A DNA stretch of 60,433 bases, filler included. It is 9 parts of 9 records of this genome, joined end to end, with 100 filler letters (N's around TTAATTAATTAA, not from the genome) between each part and the next. Parts side by side here need not be neighbours in the genome. Positions count along the whole stretch, not along the records: positions 20,607 to 26,234 come from SRR31147125_63597; positions 26,335 to 32,994 come from SRR31147125_63667; 7 more parts are not named here. One strand, given 5' to 3'. Below, one piece after another: positions 20,608 to 30,688 of the stretch. The notes under the pieces were generated by a model. The model saw only the letters and a list, made by a program, of their open reading frames with translations. It searched no databases and was not told the origin of the DNA. The first letter of the stretch is position 1. Every line of letters starts with the position of its first letter. The position numbers were made by a program, and so were the translations under genes.

Positions 20608-22071
20608 CCTCCCAGACCCGCCGAAGGTGACGGACATTGGCACACGGCGTTGAAGGACGGTCTTCGAGAAAATTTGAAGGATAACGCCAATCCGGATTCT
20701 TCAGCTGAAATAATTGAAAATACATCAAATTCGGATTTGAATTCAAAAGAAAATGTTGATAACGACCCTTCCATAGTTTCCTTGGAGAACTTATCAACAT
20801 GGTGGGAAACGTTGCAGGATCCCGTGTTGACGGAGCTGATGAATCAGGCGATCGACGCGAACCTGAGTGTCAAGCAAGGCTTGGCGGCGTTGAAGCAAGC
20901 CCGGGCACAGCGTGGGATCACCCGTTCAAGAAATTTTCCAACCGTGGATGGGGACACCGGCATTTACAGAAACGGCGCCGGCAGTACATCGACATCCACC
21001 GGGAATGGAAAAGAGTCGGATCTGTTTTCCATCGGGTTGGATGCCGGATGGGAGATCGATCTTTTCGGCGGCATCAAAAGAGCCAATGAGGCGGCAGATG
21101 CCGATCTTGAGGCCACTGAAGCGGATTTAAAGGATATTTGGGTCTCCATTACCGCAGAGGTGGCACTCAGTTATCTGGATGTCCGGGTCTATCAAACCCG
21201 TCTGGATGTGGCGACGGCCAACATCAAGGCCCAGGAAAAGACCGCCGAGTTGATCCAGTCGCGATATCAGGCAGGGCTCAGTGATGAGCTGGCCTTGAAA
21301 CAGGCGATGTACAACTTGAAAAGCACCCAGAGCCAACTCCCGACCCTTCGGATCGGTCTGGAGGCTGGCAAAAACCGACTGGCTGTGCTTACCGGCCGGC
21401 AACCGGGTGCGCTTCATGGGATCCTGAGCCGTCACGATATCATTCCCAGTGCACCCATTCTGGTTGCGGTGGGGGTTCCGGCGGATGCGCTTCGGCGTCG
21501 TCCGGATATTCGGAAAGCCGAACGCCTGCTTGCGGCTCAGACAGCCCGAATCGGAGAGGCGGAAGCGGAACGCTATCCGAAATTCAATCTCATTGGCTCC
21601 ATCGGGTTGGAATCATTGGAGGCAGGGGATATTCTGGAGTGGTCAAGTCGCGTTTGGAAAATCGGTCCCGGGATTTCCTGGAAACTATTTGATGCCGGCA
21701 GCATAAGAAAAAATATCGAGGTGCAGACGGCCATCCAGGAACAGTATCTCATCGCGTACGAGCAGAGTGTCCTTTCGGCATTGGAAGAGGTGGAAAACGC
21801 ATTGACCGCATTTGCCGAAGAGCAGATTCGAAAGGATCGACTGTTGGAAGCCGTGGCAGCGGCCCAGCGTGCGGCGGAGCTGGCCCGGGAACAGTACACG
21901 GCGGGACTCATAGATTTTTCAAATGTTCTGGATGCCCAACGTTCTCTTCTGTCATTTGAGGATGAATTGGCCTTGAGTGACGGCAGGGTAATTACCAATT
22001 TGGTAACGCTCTATAAAGCGCTCGGTGGGGGGTGGGAGTTCTCACATTCCCAAACGCTATCACTCAATTGA
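20608..22071 (+). CDS. RND efflux outer-membrane factor (NodT/OprM/TolC family), 5' truncated
   Basis: WWETLQDPVL, WEIDLFG, RRPDIRKAE and LYKALGGGW motifs. Confidence 0.92.
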   Translation, partial: PPRPAEGDGHWHTALKDGLRENLKDNANPDSSAEIIENTSNSDLNSKENVDNDPSIVSLENLSTWWETLQDPVLTELMNQAIDANLSVKQGLAALKQARAQRGITRSRNFPTVDGDTGIYRNGAGSTSTSTGNGKESDLFSIGLDAGWEIDLFGGIKRANEAADADLEATEADLKDIWVSITAEVALSYLDVRVYQTRLDVATANIKAQEKTAELIQSRYQAGLSDELALKQAMYNLKSTQSQLPTLRIGLEAGKNRLAVLTGRQPGALHGILSRHDIIPSAPILVAVGVPADALRRRPDIRKAERLLAAQTARIGEAEAERYPKFNLIGSIGLESLEAGDILEWSSRVWKIGPGISWKLFDAGSIRKNIEVQTAIQEQYLIAYEQSVLSALEEVENALTAFAEEQIRKDRLLEAVAAAQRAAELAREQYTAGLIDFSNVLDAQRSLLSFEDELALSDGRVITNLVTLYKALGGGWEFSHSQTLSLN

Positions 22072-22250
22072 ACGCCTTCTCTCCATTTATTGAGAAGGGG
22101 GATAGGGGGCGAGGTTGGTTGTAAATGGTAAATTGGTAATCGCCGACTCCCTTACCCCAAGAGTTTGCGATTAGGGGACAGATTTCCAATTTGTCCCCGT
22201 CCCTGAAATGGGAAAGGTATTTCGTGCTCATTCTCAAGGAAGTGAGTCCC

Positions 22251-25200
22251 TCAAACCAGGGTTTCCATGATCCGGAACAACTTGTCGAAATCGATGGGTT
22301 TGGCAATCACGGCATTCATCCCAACGTCATAGTACGTTACCATCTCTTCTTTCATCACACCGGCCGTGGTGGCGATAATGGGCACATATGCGCCGGTTTC
22401 CACTTCAATCCTTCGAATTTCTTCCGTTGCTTGGATACCGCCCATCACAGGCATTTGAATGTCCATGAGGATGAGATCAAACCGCTCTTTCTTGTATGCC
22501 TCAACCGCTTGTCGACCGTTTTCAGCCACAATCACCTCGAACCCTTTCTTCCCCATACGTATCTTTGCTAATTGGGCATTCATATCCACATCTTCAGCAA
22601 TCAGGATTTTCAGGTGGGGATTGTTTTTTTCGATCTTCGGACTCTTCTTGTTTTCATCGTTCTCCAAATGCAATTGAATCATACTTTTTTCCGATGACGT
22701 CGTTTGGGAGCTTGAGTGATCATTTGAAGCGGCTTTTTCCCGGATAAGCGGAACCGTGAAATGAAATGAACTGCCTTTATCCTCTTCACTCTCCACCCAA
22801 ATTCGACCTCCCATGAGTTCTACCAGCTCTTTGGCGATGGTGGTCCCTAGGCCGGTCCCGCCGTATAGTCTAGTCGTGGAGGTGTCAGCCTGTGTAAAGG
22901 GGTCGAAAATCTGATGAATCCGATCAGACGCGATACCGATACCGGTATCGGATACGGTGCAATGAATTGGTAGCTCACCTTTGTCATTACCGTTGACAGG
23001 GCCGTCTTTTTCGGGAAAAACAGAAATGGACACCGTCCCCTCGGTGGTAAATTTCAGGGCGTTGCCGACGAGGTTGTTCATCACTTGACGAAGTCTTAAG
23101 GGATCTCCGATAAACATACCCGATAATGCATCGTCAATGGAAATTGTAAACGCCAACCCCTTTTCCAGCGCAGTGAATTTCATGGATTCATACACTTCAT
23201 TCATCAACCGGGTCAAACCGAATGATTTCATTTCAATGTCCAATTTTCCCCGTTCCATTTTACTGACATCAAGAATATCGTTGAGGAGGCTTAACAGAGT
23301 TTTGGCTGACATTCGAGCGGTATTCAAATGGCTGCGTTGCCGATCGATCAAATCACCCTCCTCCAGAACCAGCTCCAGAAATCCCAGGATGGAATTGAGG
23401 GGGGTTCGGATTTCATGACTCATGTTGGCCAGAAAATCACTTTTTGCACGGGTAGCCGATTCCGCCTGTTGTTTGGCCTTCCGTAATCCGGTATTTCTCT
23501 CTTCAGCCACTCTTTCCCAATCGTCCTTGGCTCTCTTTAAAGTACGATTGGTGCGTACCCCGTTGAAAATGAAAAATCCCATAAGAATTGAGGTTAACAG
23601 CAGCATGAGAGGTAATACGGATAACACGAAGAGCCGATAGTCATAATAGGAGTCCAGTGCTTCGCTCTCTTCAATTTCAGTTGCAAGTCCGATCTGAAGT
23701 ACCGGATCCCACAACCATGCTCCGAGAACGTCGACCCCTCTAAAATCACGATATCCATTGATATCAATACCGGCCCCCCCTGAAACGGCATCGGCGGCCA
23801 TTCGCGTCAAGGGGAGTGAGGATTTGGGCACGCTTGGCGTATATCCCTCAAGTATATTGCCACCGGGATCTTTCAAGGTAAACCCCAGAAGTGTATTCTC
23901 ACCGTTGTCGATCTCCCCTTTTTGTATCAGATCTTTTGAAAAGCGACTGATGGTAAGCATGGAGGCCAGGTTATCAAATGCATAGGTCTCCCCGGATCGT
24001 CCGGTACGGCCGGTGATGCAGATGCGGGTGAAATCCTTTCCCGGATCGTAACGGATCGCCAGTACGGCAATGACATTGTCATGGAGGTCTTTTACGGGGG
24101 TCGCCAGGAACATGGAGGGAAGCGCCTCCCTGTTTTCTCCGGTGATGTCTTTTAAAATCACATCGGAAGGGATGGGAGGAATGAAAATGGTACGGCCGTT
24201 GAATGCCTGAGTGAGCAGATCCGCCCGTTGATCTGCAATGACATTTCTTTGGCAGATGGTCTCATCGCGCATGGAACCGATGTTGATCATGTCCGGTGTG
24301 ATAATGAAAAATCCCATGAATTCTTCAGATTCTCTATTGAAGACACCTCTTACGGAGCGTAGGGCACTGCTTTTCAATATTTCCGTTTTATTTCTGGGAA
24401 GCCCAATCAGCTGCCGAGTCGCACTGATCACCCTTGGGTGTCGCCCATATCGTTCGATTCGCCCGCTCTCATCCTCAAACCATTCTCTCATGGCACTTTG
24501 AGTGGTTCGAACCACCACATCCAGCATCTCACCGACTCTGACCCTCGCTTGTCCCTCCAATCGCGCCAGCCCCACCCAGGCCGTAACAAAAATGATGGTG
24601 AGAAACAGGGACGCGACAATCAACCAAACCACACGACTCCCCACGGTTTGCATGCCGACCGGTAGACGATCGGCGCTAAGACGCATCAAGAGCCAAATGG
24701 CAATTGCCAGAAGGCTCATCCCCAGGATGATCCAACCGACAACTTTTACGATACTCTCATCTTTACCCTCTATCTTGGCAGTTCTTTTGATTTCTTTTGG
24801 AATCCATTTCTCCCTGATTGTCGTCATTTCATCAATAGATATGGCGGCCAGCCCTTTGTTGAGGATGGAAACCAATTCTAGATGATTGTCATTGACTTGA
24901 AATCCCAGATCCGCAAATTCTCCGGGTATGCTGATTACGGTAATGTCGGTCAACCCCAGCTCATCCAACAAATGCGCTGCCGTAAGTCGAATGATCAACA
25001 GCGCATCCACTTCGCCTGCCGCCAGTTTCAATATTCCGTTTCTGCACGATTTAACCGACTCATACATCAGATCGGGATACTTTTTTTTGAATTGGATTCC
25101 ATAGTCGCTGTTTTCGATGATGCCGATTCGATGCCCTGTCAGGCGGGATGGATCTGAAAGTCGAGGGGCGTTGCCGCGCCCCAATACAACAAAGGGAAGG

Positions 25201-26234
25201 GAGAGAAAACTTTTGGTCGGTGTCAGATGGGGTCTCCGGGTAGTGATCATATCGGAAAACATGTCCACCTGTTCATTTTTCACCATGTCAACGGCATCAT
25301 CCCAGGTTTTGGTTGGTGCACGAGCAATCCGTACGCCCAATTTCTCTTCCAAGAGATTCAACACTTCGGCTGTGATTCCGATCAGTTTCCCGCTGGCGGT
25401 ATACGCTTCTAGTGGTAAGCGATTGGGGGATCCGGCAAATCGAATGACAGGGTTTTGATTCAGCCAGTTTTGTTCGTTTAAAGTCAATTGGATTTTTGAC
25501 CGTACCGAAGGTAGAGTAATGGACCATTTTTTTGCAATTTGGGTTTTCTCTTCATTTGTGATGGAATGGATTGCTTTGTTTAAAATGGCAACCAGCTCCG
25601 GCCAGTCTGATCGGATGGCCATCCCCACACTCCGCACCTTTTTTGCTTCAATCTCCAAAAAGGAAGGGATCACGTTGACAATCTGATTTTTCAGAGCAAC
25701 GTAGGTCAGTCCGGAATATCCGGCAAATGCATGCACATCTTTATTTGATAAGGCCAAAAAACCTGACAGTGCATCGTTTACAGTGATGATTGTTGCCGTT
25801 GGTGCCTCATGTTTTATTCGTTTCAAATTGATGGAGTTTCCCTTCAAAACGGCAACTTTGAGACCGGATAAATCTTTGTAACTGTTTACATACCCGGCAT
25901 CTTCGATCCGTGTGAATATAGCCAACGGCGTTTTCCAGTGGGGGATCGTTGGTGTCATGCCGAGTTTGACGGCAATTTCGGGATCCACTGCTAACAATCC
26001 GTCCACTTCCCCGCTCCGGGCCTTTGAAATCATCTGCGGCAATTCATCGACCTCAATTTTCCATTTAATGGGTACCCGTTTTTCGATGGCTTGGAGAATG
26101 TCCCGGAAAACTCCACTGAACGATCCATCAGACTCCCGGATTAAACCGGGCTCAAAAGCCAGGGTAAATCCCAATGTGAATTGCGGATGGTCAGTCAGCC
26201 AGTTTTGTTCTTTTTTCGTCAATATCACTTTTTT
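22251..26234 (-). CDS. Hybrid sensor histidine kinase (two PBP domains, Cache-like domain, HisKA, HATPase, receiver), 5' truncated
   Basis: Two LT..EQ.WL..P PBP domains; [43 protein letters not shown] and AKP motifs; three TM segments. Confidence 0.9.
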   Translation of the reverse strand, partial: KKVILTKKEQNWLTDHPQFTLGFTLAFEPGLIRESDGSFSGVFRDILQAIEKRVPIKWKIEVDELPQMISKARSGEVDGLLAVDPEIAVKLGMTPTIPHWKTPLAIFTRIEDAGYVNSYKDLSGLKVAVLKGNSINLKRIKHEAPTATIITVNDALSGFLALSNKDVHAFAGYSGLTYVALKNQIVNVIPSFLEIEAKKVRSVGMAIRSDWPELVAILNKAIHSITNEEKTQIAKKWSITLPSVRSKIQLTLNEQNWLNQNPVIRFAGSPNRLPLEAYTASGKLIGITAEVLNLLEEKLGVRIARAPTKTWDDAVDMVKNEQVDMFSDMITTRRPHLTPTKSFLSLPFVVLGRGNAPRLSDPSRLTGHRIGIIENSDYGIQFKKKYPDLMYESVKSCRNGILKLAAGEVDALLIIRLTAAHLLDELGLTDITVISIPGEFADLGFQVNDNHLELVSILNKGLAAISIDEMTTIREKWIPKEIKRTAKIEGKDESIVKVVGWIILGMSLLAIAIWLLMRLSADRLPVGMQTVGSRVVWLIVASLFLTIIFVTAWVGLARLEGQARVRVGEMLDVVVRTTQSAMREWFEDESGRIERYGRHPRVISATRQLIGLPRNKTEILKSSALRSVRGVFNRESEEFMGFFIITPDMINIGSMRDETICQRNVIADQRADLLTQAFNGRTIFIPPIPSDVILKDITGENREALPSMFLATPVKDLHDNVIAVLAIRYDPGKDFTRICITGRTGRSGETYAFDNLASMLTISRFSKDLIQKGEIDNGENTLLGFTLKDPGGNILEGYTPSVPKSSLPLTRMAADAVSGGAGIDINGYRDFRGVDVLGAWLWDPVLQIGLATEIEESEALDSYYDYRLFVLSVLPLMLLLTSILMGFFIFNGVRTNRTLKRAKDDWERVAEERNTGLRKAKQQAESATRAKSDFLANMSHEIRTPLNSILGFLELVLEEGDLIDRQRSHLNTARMSAKTLLSLLNDILDVSKMERGKLDIEMKSFGLTRLMNEVYESMKFTALEKGLAFTISIDDALSGMFIGDPLRLRQVMNNLVGNALKFTTEGTVSISVFPEKDGPVNGNDKGELPIHCTVSDTGIGIASDRIHQIFDPFTQADTSTTRLYGGTGLGTTIAKELVELMGGRIWVESEEDKGSSFHFTVPLIREKAASNDHSSSQTTSSEKSMIQLHLENDENKKSPKIEKNNPHLKILIAEDVDMNAQLAKIRMGKKGFEVIVAENGRQAVEAYKKERFDLILMDIQMPVMGGIQATEEIRRIEVETGAYVPIIATTAGVMKEEMVTYYDVGMNAVIAKPIDFDKLFRIMETLV

Positions 26235-26334
26235 NNNNNNNNNNNNNNNNNNNNNNNNNNNNNNNNNNNNNNNNNNNNTTAATTAATTAANNNNNNNNNN
26301 NNNNNNNNNNNNNNNNNNNNNNNNNNNNNNNNNN
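26235..26334. other. Artificial contig linker
   Basis: N44-TTAATTAATTAA-N44. Confidence 0.97.
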
Positions 26335-26386
26335 GAATGAAGGAACGCATGGCACACACACACCGGTTGTTCATGGCCTCTCTCAC

Positions 26387-26489
26387 CCTCAGAGTCGAGT
26401 CTCACGGCAATGATTGGGGGCCCTACGTCTTCCGGTGCTCCTGCTGCCGGAGATGTAGGGATCCCAGGTGGAGGTGGCTCGTCCGCCAT
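26387..26489 (-). CDS. Probable first exon of an unidentified eukaryotic gene divergent from MCMBP
   Basis: ATG at 26489 (MADEPPPPGIPTSPAAG...) ends at a G|GTGAGA donor followed by GT-repeat intron-like sequence; the rest is off the contig. Confidence 0.4.
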
Positions 26490-26608
26490 CCAACGCTTGG
26501 TAGTTGTGTTGTCTGTGCGACCCACCCAACCGATGGAGAGGAGAGAAGGGGAGTGTTCCTTCGTCCCTTGTAAATTCCCTCCCTTCCCTCCCGTTCTGGC
26601 GAGATCTC

Positions 26609-29051
26609 ATGTCCTCTCCTTCACCTGAAGAGATCATACGCCCATTGGATGTAGTGAAACGGTTGTTTGCGTCTGCGGGGCCGGAAGACGGGAACTGGGG
26701 TGTGAAGGCTCACTTTCACCATGCACTTGTGGACGGAGGGCTTCTCGAAGCGGTAGGAGGAAGGCCCTGCCTGTCTGGTTGTCTGGTTGTCTGGTTGTGG
26801 GTCCTCACACAATGCGCACATATAGGTCCCGTGTATGAACTCGACACCTGTGGAACAAATACCTCCTCATTCCCTTGTACGGTTCACGGGAATGGTGCAG
26901 GAGATGTTGAGCCCGGAATTGTATTTGGGGGTGGTCCGAGAAGCCGATGTGCGTGTGGTGTTGTTTCAGAGGTCCCTCGACTCATGGATGCCCAGTCTCT
27001 TGTCACATCCAAGTACACTGACATCCTACAAGGTCAAGTGCGTGGATACACCCATGCACACACCCACGCACACACAATCTCATACACTGACACACTTCCA
27101 TACATGGGACAGGATACAGACGTGGACGTGAACACATCCACGGCACTACGTGAGTGGACATTCGAACGGCAGCCACTATGCTGTGTGTCGATTCCCGGAG
27201 AAGCTCCTTGGGCCACACCCACTGTATCCGTTCTTGTTTGAAGGGATGGATGGATGGATGGATAGCTCCTCTCTCCTTGATCACACAATTCAGCCGGTAC
27301 CTCATACACCTGATGATCGTGTTTCCCGTTCCAAACGTGGACTGGAGGTGGATGAAGAGGAACAATCGGGCAGACGTGGACCATCCGCATCAACAGACGT
27401 GCATGCGCCTCCTACGTCACATGCTGATCATGCAAAGCAGTGGAATCCACTCCCTGGCTGTAATGCTCCTGCCGTTATAGTGCTGATGTGCGCCTCCTTC
27501 CCCTTGCTGTGTGGTTGGCTCATGCATGATTCATCAGATACGAAGAGGCGGATCAATTGAAAATGAATGACATGGCGGAATTCGTTGGCGTACTCTCTCT
27601 GGTTCCCGACCTGGCCACTATGAGGTGAGACCAAGGGTTGGCCCTTAATCACCGGGATCTCACCGCCCTGCCAGTCCCGATGATGAGTTTCCAACTGATC
27701 TCCCTCAACCTACAAGCCTTCTGCCTCGTCTACACTGTATCTTTTATCGAAATTTGGAGGATCCGAATCCAGCCCTTCCCGCACCGGGTCCTGCACGTGC
27801 AGAAGGTATGATGTCCATCTGTTCCAGGAGGGACAGCTGACGACGACATGATCCTTGTAGTGGAAGCACATATCGCACACGAACTTCTCTTTCTTCGAAC
27901 GCATTTGATCTACTATATGGCATCAGCACTGGGCGGGGACATCGTGGGTGCCGAATACTTGCTCTTCCATTTGTTGTCACGAGTGTACGTGTGTGTGGGT
28001 GTGTGGATGCTGACTGTATTGTGATTTTTCCATCAGACACACACGGCAAGGTGGAGTGGTTCTGGGAAAGTTCTCCCTGAACCTGTCTGGCGTAGAGGCT
28101 GGGACGTCCGTTGACAATGCGATTGGGACGTTGTTAGCAAATTTGTGTCCCCGTTCGTTTGTTCTTCCCTTGACTATTGAGGTGTGTGTAATGTGTGCAT
28201 GTGTGCCACATGCATTCCCACAGCCATTGTGTTCCAGAACCTTTGCAAGTTACGATTCATCCCCAAGAAGGATTACACACAGAACCGGCTTCTGTCCGGC
28301 ATTCTCCAACTCCCCCAAGGAACCCATGTGGTTGTGGATGAAACCGTACTTCAACCCGGCACATTGGATGAGACAGGAGTTCGCAATTTGCAGGCACTAC
28401 GCGATGTCATCTTTTGGCAAAAGGTGCCGTGTGTTCGTGTTTGTGAAGTGTGCTGGTCTCATGCTCTTTCAAGGTGAACTACGATTTCGAGTTTCATTCG
28501 CTTGAATTCAACGTGGACATACCTGTTATGGTGTTATCGCAGGGCAAGTCCTTGTTAGAGGTGAGGTTGTTGGTCCAATTCACTTTGCATTCACTCTTCC
28601 CCATTCGAAAGTGCGATTGTCGTCTTCCTCTACATCCCAAGGAACCGTTTACACTCCCTTCTGTCCCCTCTCCATTCAATATACCTGAATTCTTCACGAA
28701 TTGCCGCCGGTATCTTGGGTTGATGCGGTCCCTTGACTTCAGCATTCGTTCTTCTATGTCTGAGGTAGGTAATGCGGACGATCAAGGAACTGGCATACTG
28801 ATCCATCATCAGGTGATTGAATCTGACTTTGTGGCAGCTCGAAAAGCAGAAGGGGACAGTGTGCGCCAAGACACATTGAATCTCTGGCTGACACTCGCGA
28901 GGTTTGTAATGATGACGATGCTGTTGCTGCTCTATATGACAATCCATTCAGGCTACACGCCCTCAGTTTCGGTGAGAAAGAATTGACACAAGAACGATGG
29001 CAAGCCACGCTCGAATTGGAACGTATCCGTGTGGCTCGTTTTTCTTCCTGA
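26609..29051 (+). CDS. MCMBP: MCM complex-binding protein (eukaryotic, 13 introns)
   Basis: Manual splicing gives SLVRFTGMVQEM, PRLHC, AEYLLFHLLSRV, PKKDYTQNRLLSGILQL, DETVLQPGTL, YDFEFH and IESDFV. Introns: 26753-26825, 26949-26995, 27038-27112, 27224-27293, 27488-27537, 27625-27674, 27806-27860, 27985-28036, 28182-28237, 28424-28473, 28561-28611, 28765-28812, 28902-28951. The three in-frame introns (75, 51 and 48 nt) are less certain. Confidence 0.88.
27224..27293 (+). other. Putative U12-type (minor spliceosome) GT-AG intron
   Basis: Donor GTATCCGTT, branch TCCTTGAT (27274-27281) 12 nt before the end, CAG acceptor. Removal at phase 0 restores the frame and removes an in-frame TGA. Confidence 0.72.
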
Positions 29052-29120
29052 TCGGGATGAGGGAGGGGAAATGGATCTGTTTGATTGATCACTTGCCTGT
29101 TCATTTTCTCGTCCGTCACC

Positions 29121-30677
29121 ATGCTGCGCCGTGGACAACGCTTGTGTTGTGTCCTGTTGCTGGCACGAGGAATCAGTCACCCCACGAATCACGTGTCACG
29201 TAAACGTTTTGAGAGGGTTCGTGAGGCACACCAAAAGCAGGAGGAGTCGTATCGCAGGCTGGAGGAGCTGGCGGACCAGGGAGACGCCGACGGGTGCTGG
29301 CGACAACTTGCCGTGCTGGGACGTGAGAACATTCGTCCTGATACGACGCACTACCTACACATCATTCGGGGGATGGTGAAAGGGGGCGATCTGCGTGGAG
29401 CGGAGAAGGTCATTGACGAGATGCGTCGAAGGCGTGTCCCAACGGACGTGAGTGCATGGAATCTTCTTCTGGATGGCTATGTGAAACAAGGAGACCTACG
29501 AAAGGCCTTGGAGTGTGAGGAAGAGATGCGTCATGATGGTGTACAGGGGGATGACGGGACGTGTCGTATCCTCGTGCGAGGTCTTGTTCGCAAAGGGGAC
29601 ACAAATGCAGCTATGAGCCTTGTGGAACGTATGGAGCGAGAAGGTGTGAGACCCACAGCTACAACCCTCCAGTTATTGGGTCCCGACGTCATTGACCCTG
29701 GTGTGGCGGATCGTATGGAACTTCTGGAGGCTGTGGGTCTTCAACCGGATGCATGGATGCGCCGATCTCTCCAAGGAGACAAAGAGGAGGGTTCTAGGCA
29801 ACGTCATGTGGAGGACCGACAAGAACAGACACGCCTTCGTGCTTGTACGCGCAAACTCATCCAACTGGTAGGGGAGGGTGCCTTCACGGGGTGTTGGGAA
29901 GAGATCGACAAGTTGGAGCGAGAAGGATTTCATGCCAACGCTGTACACTACACGGTGATCCTGCGAGGACTTGTGGGGGTCGGTGATATTTCAGGAGCCG
30001 AGAAGGTATTGAAACGGATGCGCACGCGTGGGATCGCAGCAGGCCCTCTTGCATGGCATGCACTGTTGGATGCCTATGTGAAGCGTGATCAATTGAAACG
30101 TGCTCTGGCGGGGATGAAGATCATGCGGAAGGACGGAGTACAACCTGATGTATTTGTGTATGCCACACTGATCAAGGGGCTTCTGGAGAAGCGAAGGCAA
30201 CATGATGCCGAGGTGATGATTCAACAGATGATTTCCGAGGGAATTCGACTCGATGCCGTGGCATACAGCACGCTGATGAAGGGATATGTTCAAGACGGGG
30301 ACGTGGCCAAGGCGGAACACGTGCTAGAGGATATGAGACGAAACGGTGTGCAACCTACAGTCGTGACGTACACGACACTGCTCTCGGGACTGGTTCGATG
30401 TGGGGATATGGCCAAGGCCGAACAGATATTGGCCCAGATCCACAAGGAGAAGTTGTCTCCGACAGTCGTCACGTACAACACCCTCCTGAAGGGTTATTTG
30501 CGGAAGGGAGAAGGAGGTCTGGAGGATGCCACACAGGTGGTGACACGCATGCAAGAGTCTGGCATTGTTCCGGACACGGCCACATACAACATTGTGCTAC
30601 GAAGTTCTGCGCGGCGACAAGATAAGAAGGAATTGTTACACATGGTGAAGATGTTGATGGACAGAAGAAAGGAGTGA
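29121..30677 (+). CDS. P-class pentatricopeptide repeat protein, intronless, with mitochondrial-like presequence
   Basis: About 12 35-aa repeats (e.g. TYNTLLKGY, AYSTLMKGY...GVQPTVV); Arg-rich, acid-free N-terminus MLRRGQRL. Confidence 0.9.
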   Translation: MLRRGQRLCCVLLLARGISHPTNHVSRKRFERVREAHQKQEESYRRLEELADQGDADGCWRQLAVLGRENIRPDTTHYLHIIRGMVKGGDLRGAEKVIDEMRRRRVPTDVSAWNLLLDGYVKQGDLRKALECEEEMRHDGVQGDDGTCRILVRGLVRKGDTNAAMSLVERMEREGVRPTATTLQLLGPDVIDPGVADRMELLEAVGLQPDAWMRRSLQGDKEEGSRQRHVEDRQEQTRLRACTRKLIQLVGEGAFTGCWEEIDKLEREGFHANAVHYTVILRGLVGVGDISGAEKVLKRMRTRGIAAGPLAWHALLDAYVKRDQLKRALAGMKIMRKDGVQPDVFVYATLIKGLLEKRRQHDAEVMIQQMISEGIRLDAVAYSTLMKGYVQDGDVAKAEHVLEDMRRNGVQPTVVTYTTLLSGLVRCGDMAKAEQILAQIHKEKLSPTVVTYNTLLKGYLRKGEGGLEDATQVVTRMQESGIVPDTATYNIVLRSSARRQDKKELLHMVKMLMDRRKE

Positions 30678-30688
30678 ATACGATTGAT

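Noticed and set aside
22070-22115. CCTTCTC...GAGAAGGGGGA hairpin, similar to 38432-38465
   Set aside because: Short, degenerate single copies in different organisms; not enough to call a repeat family.
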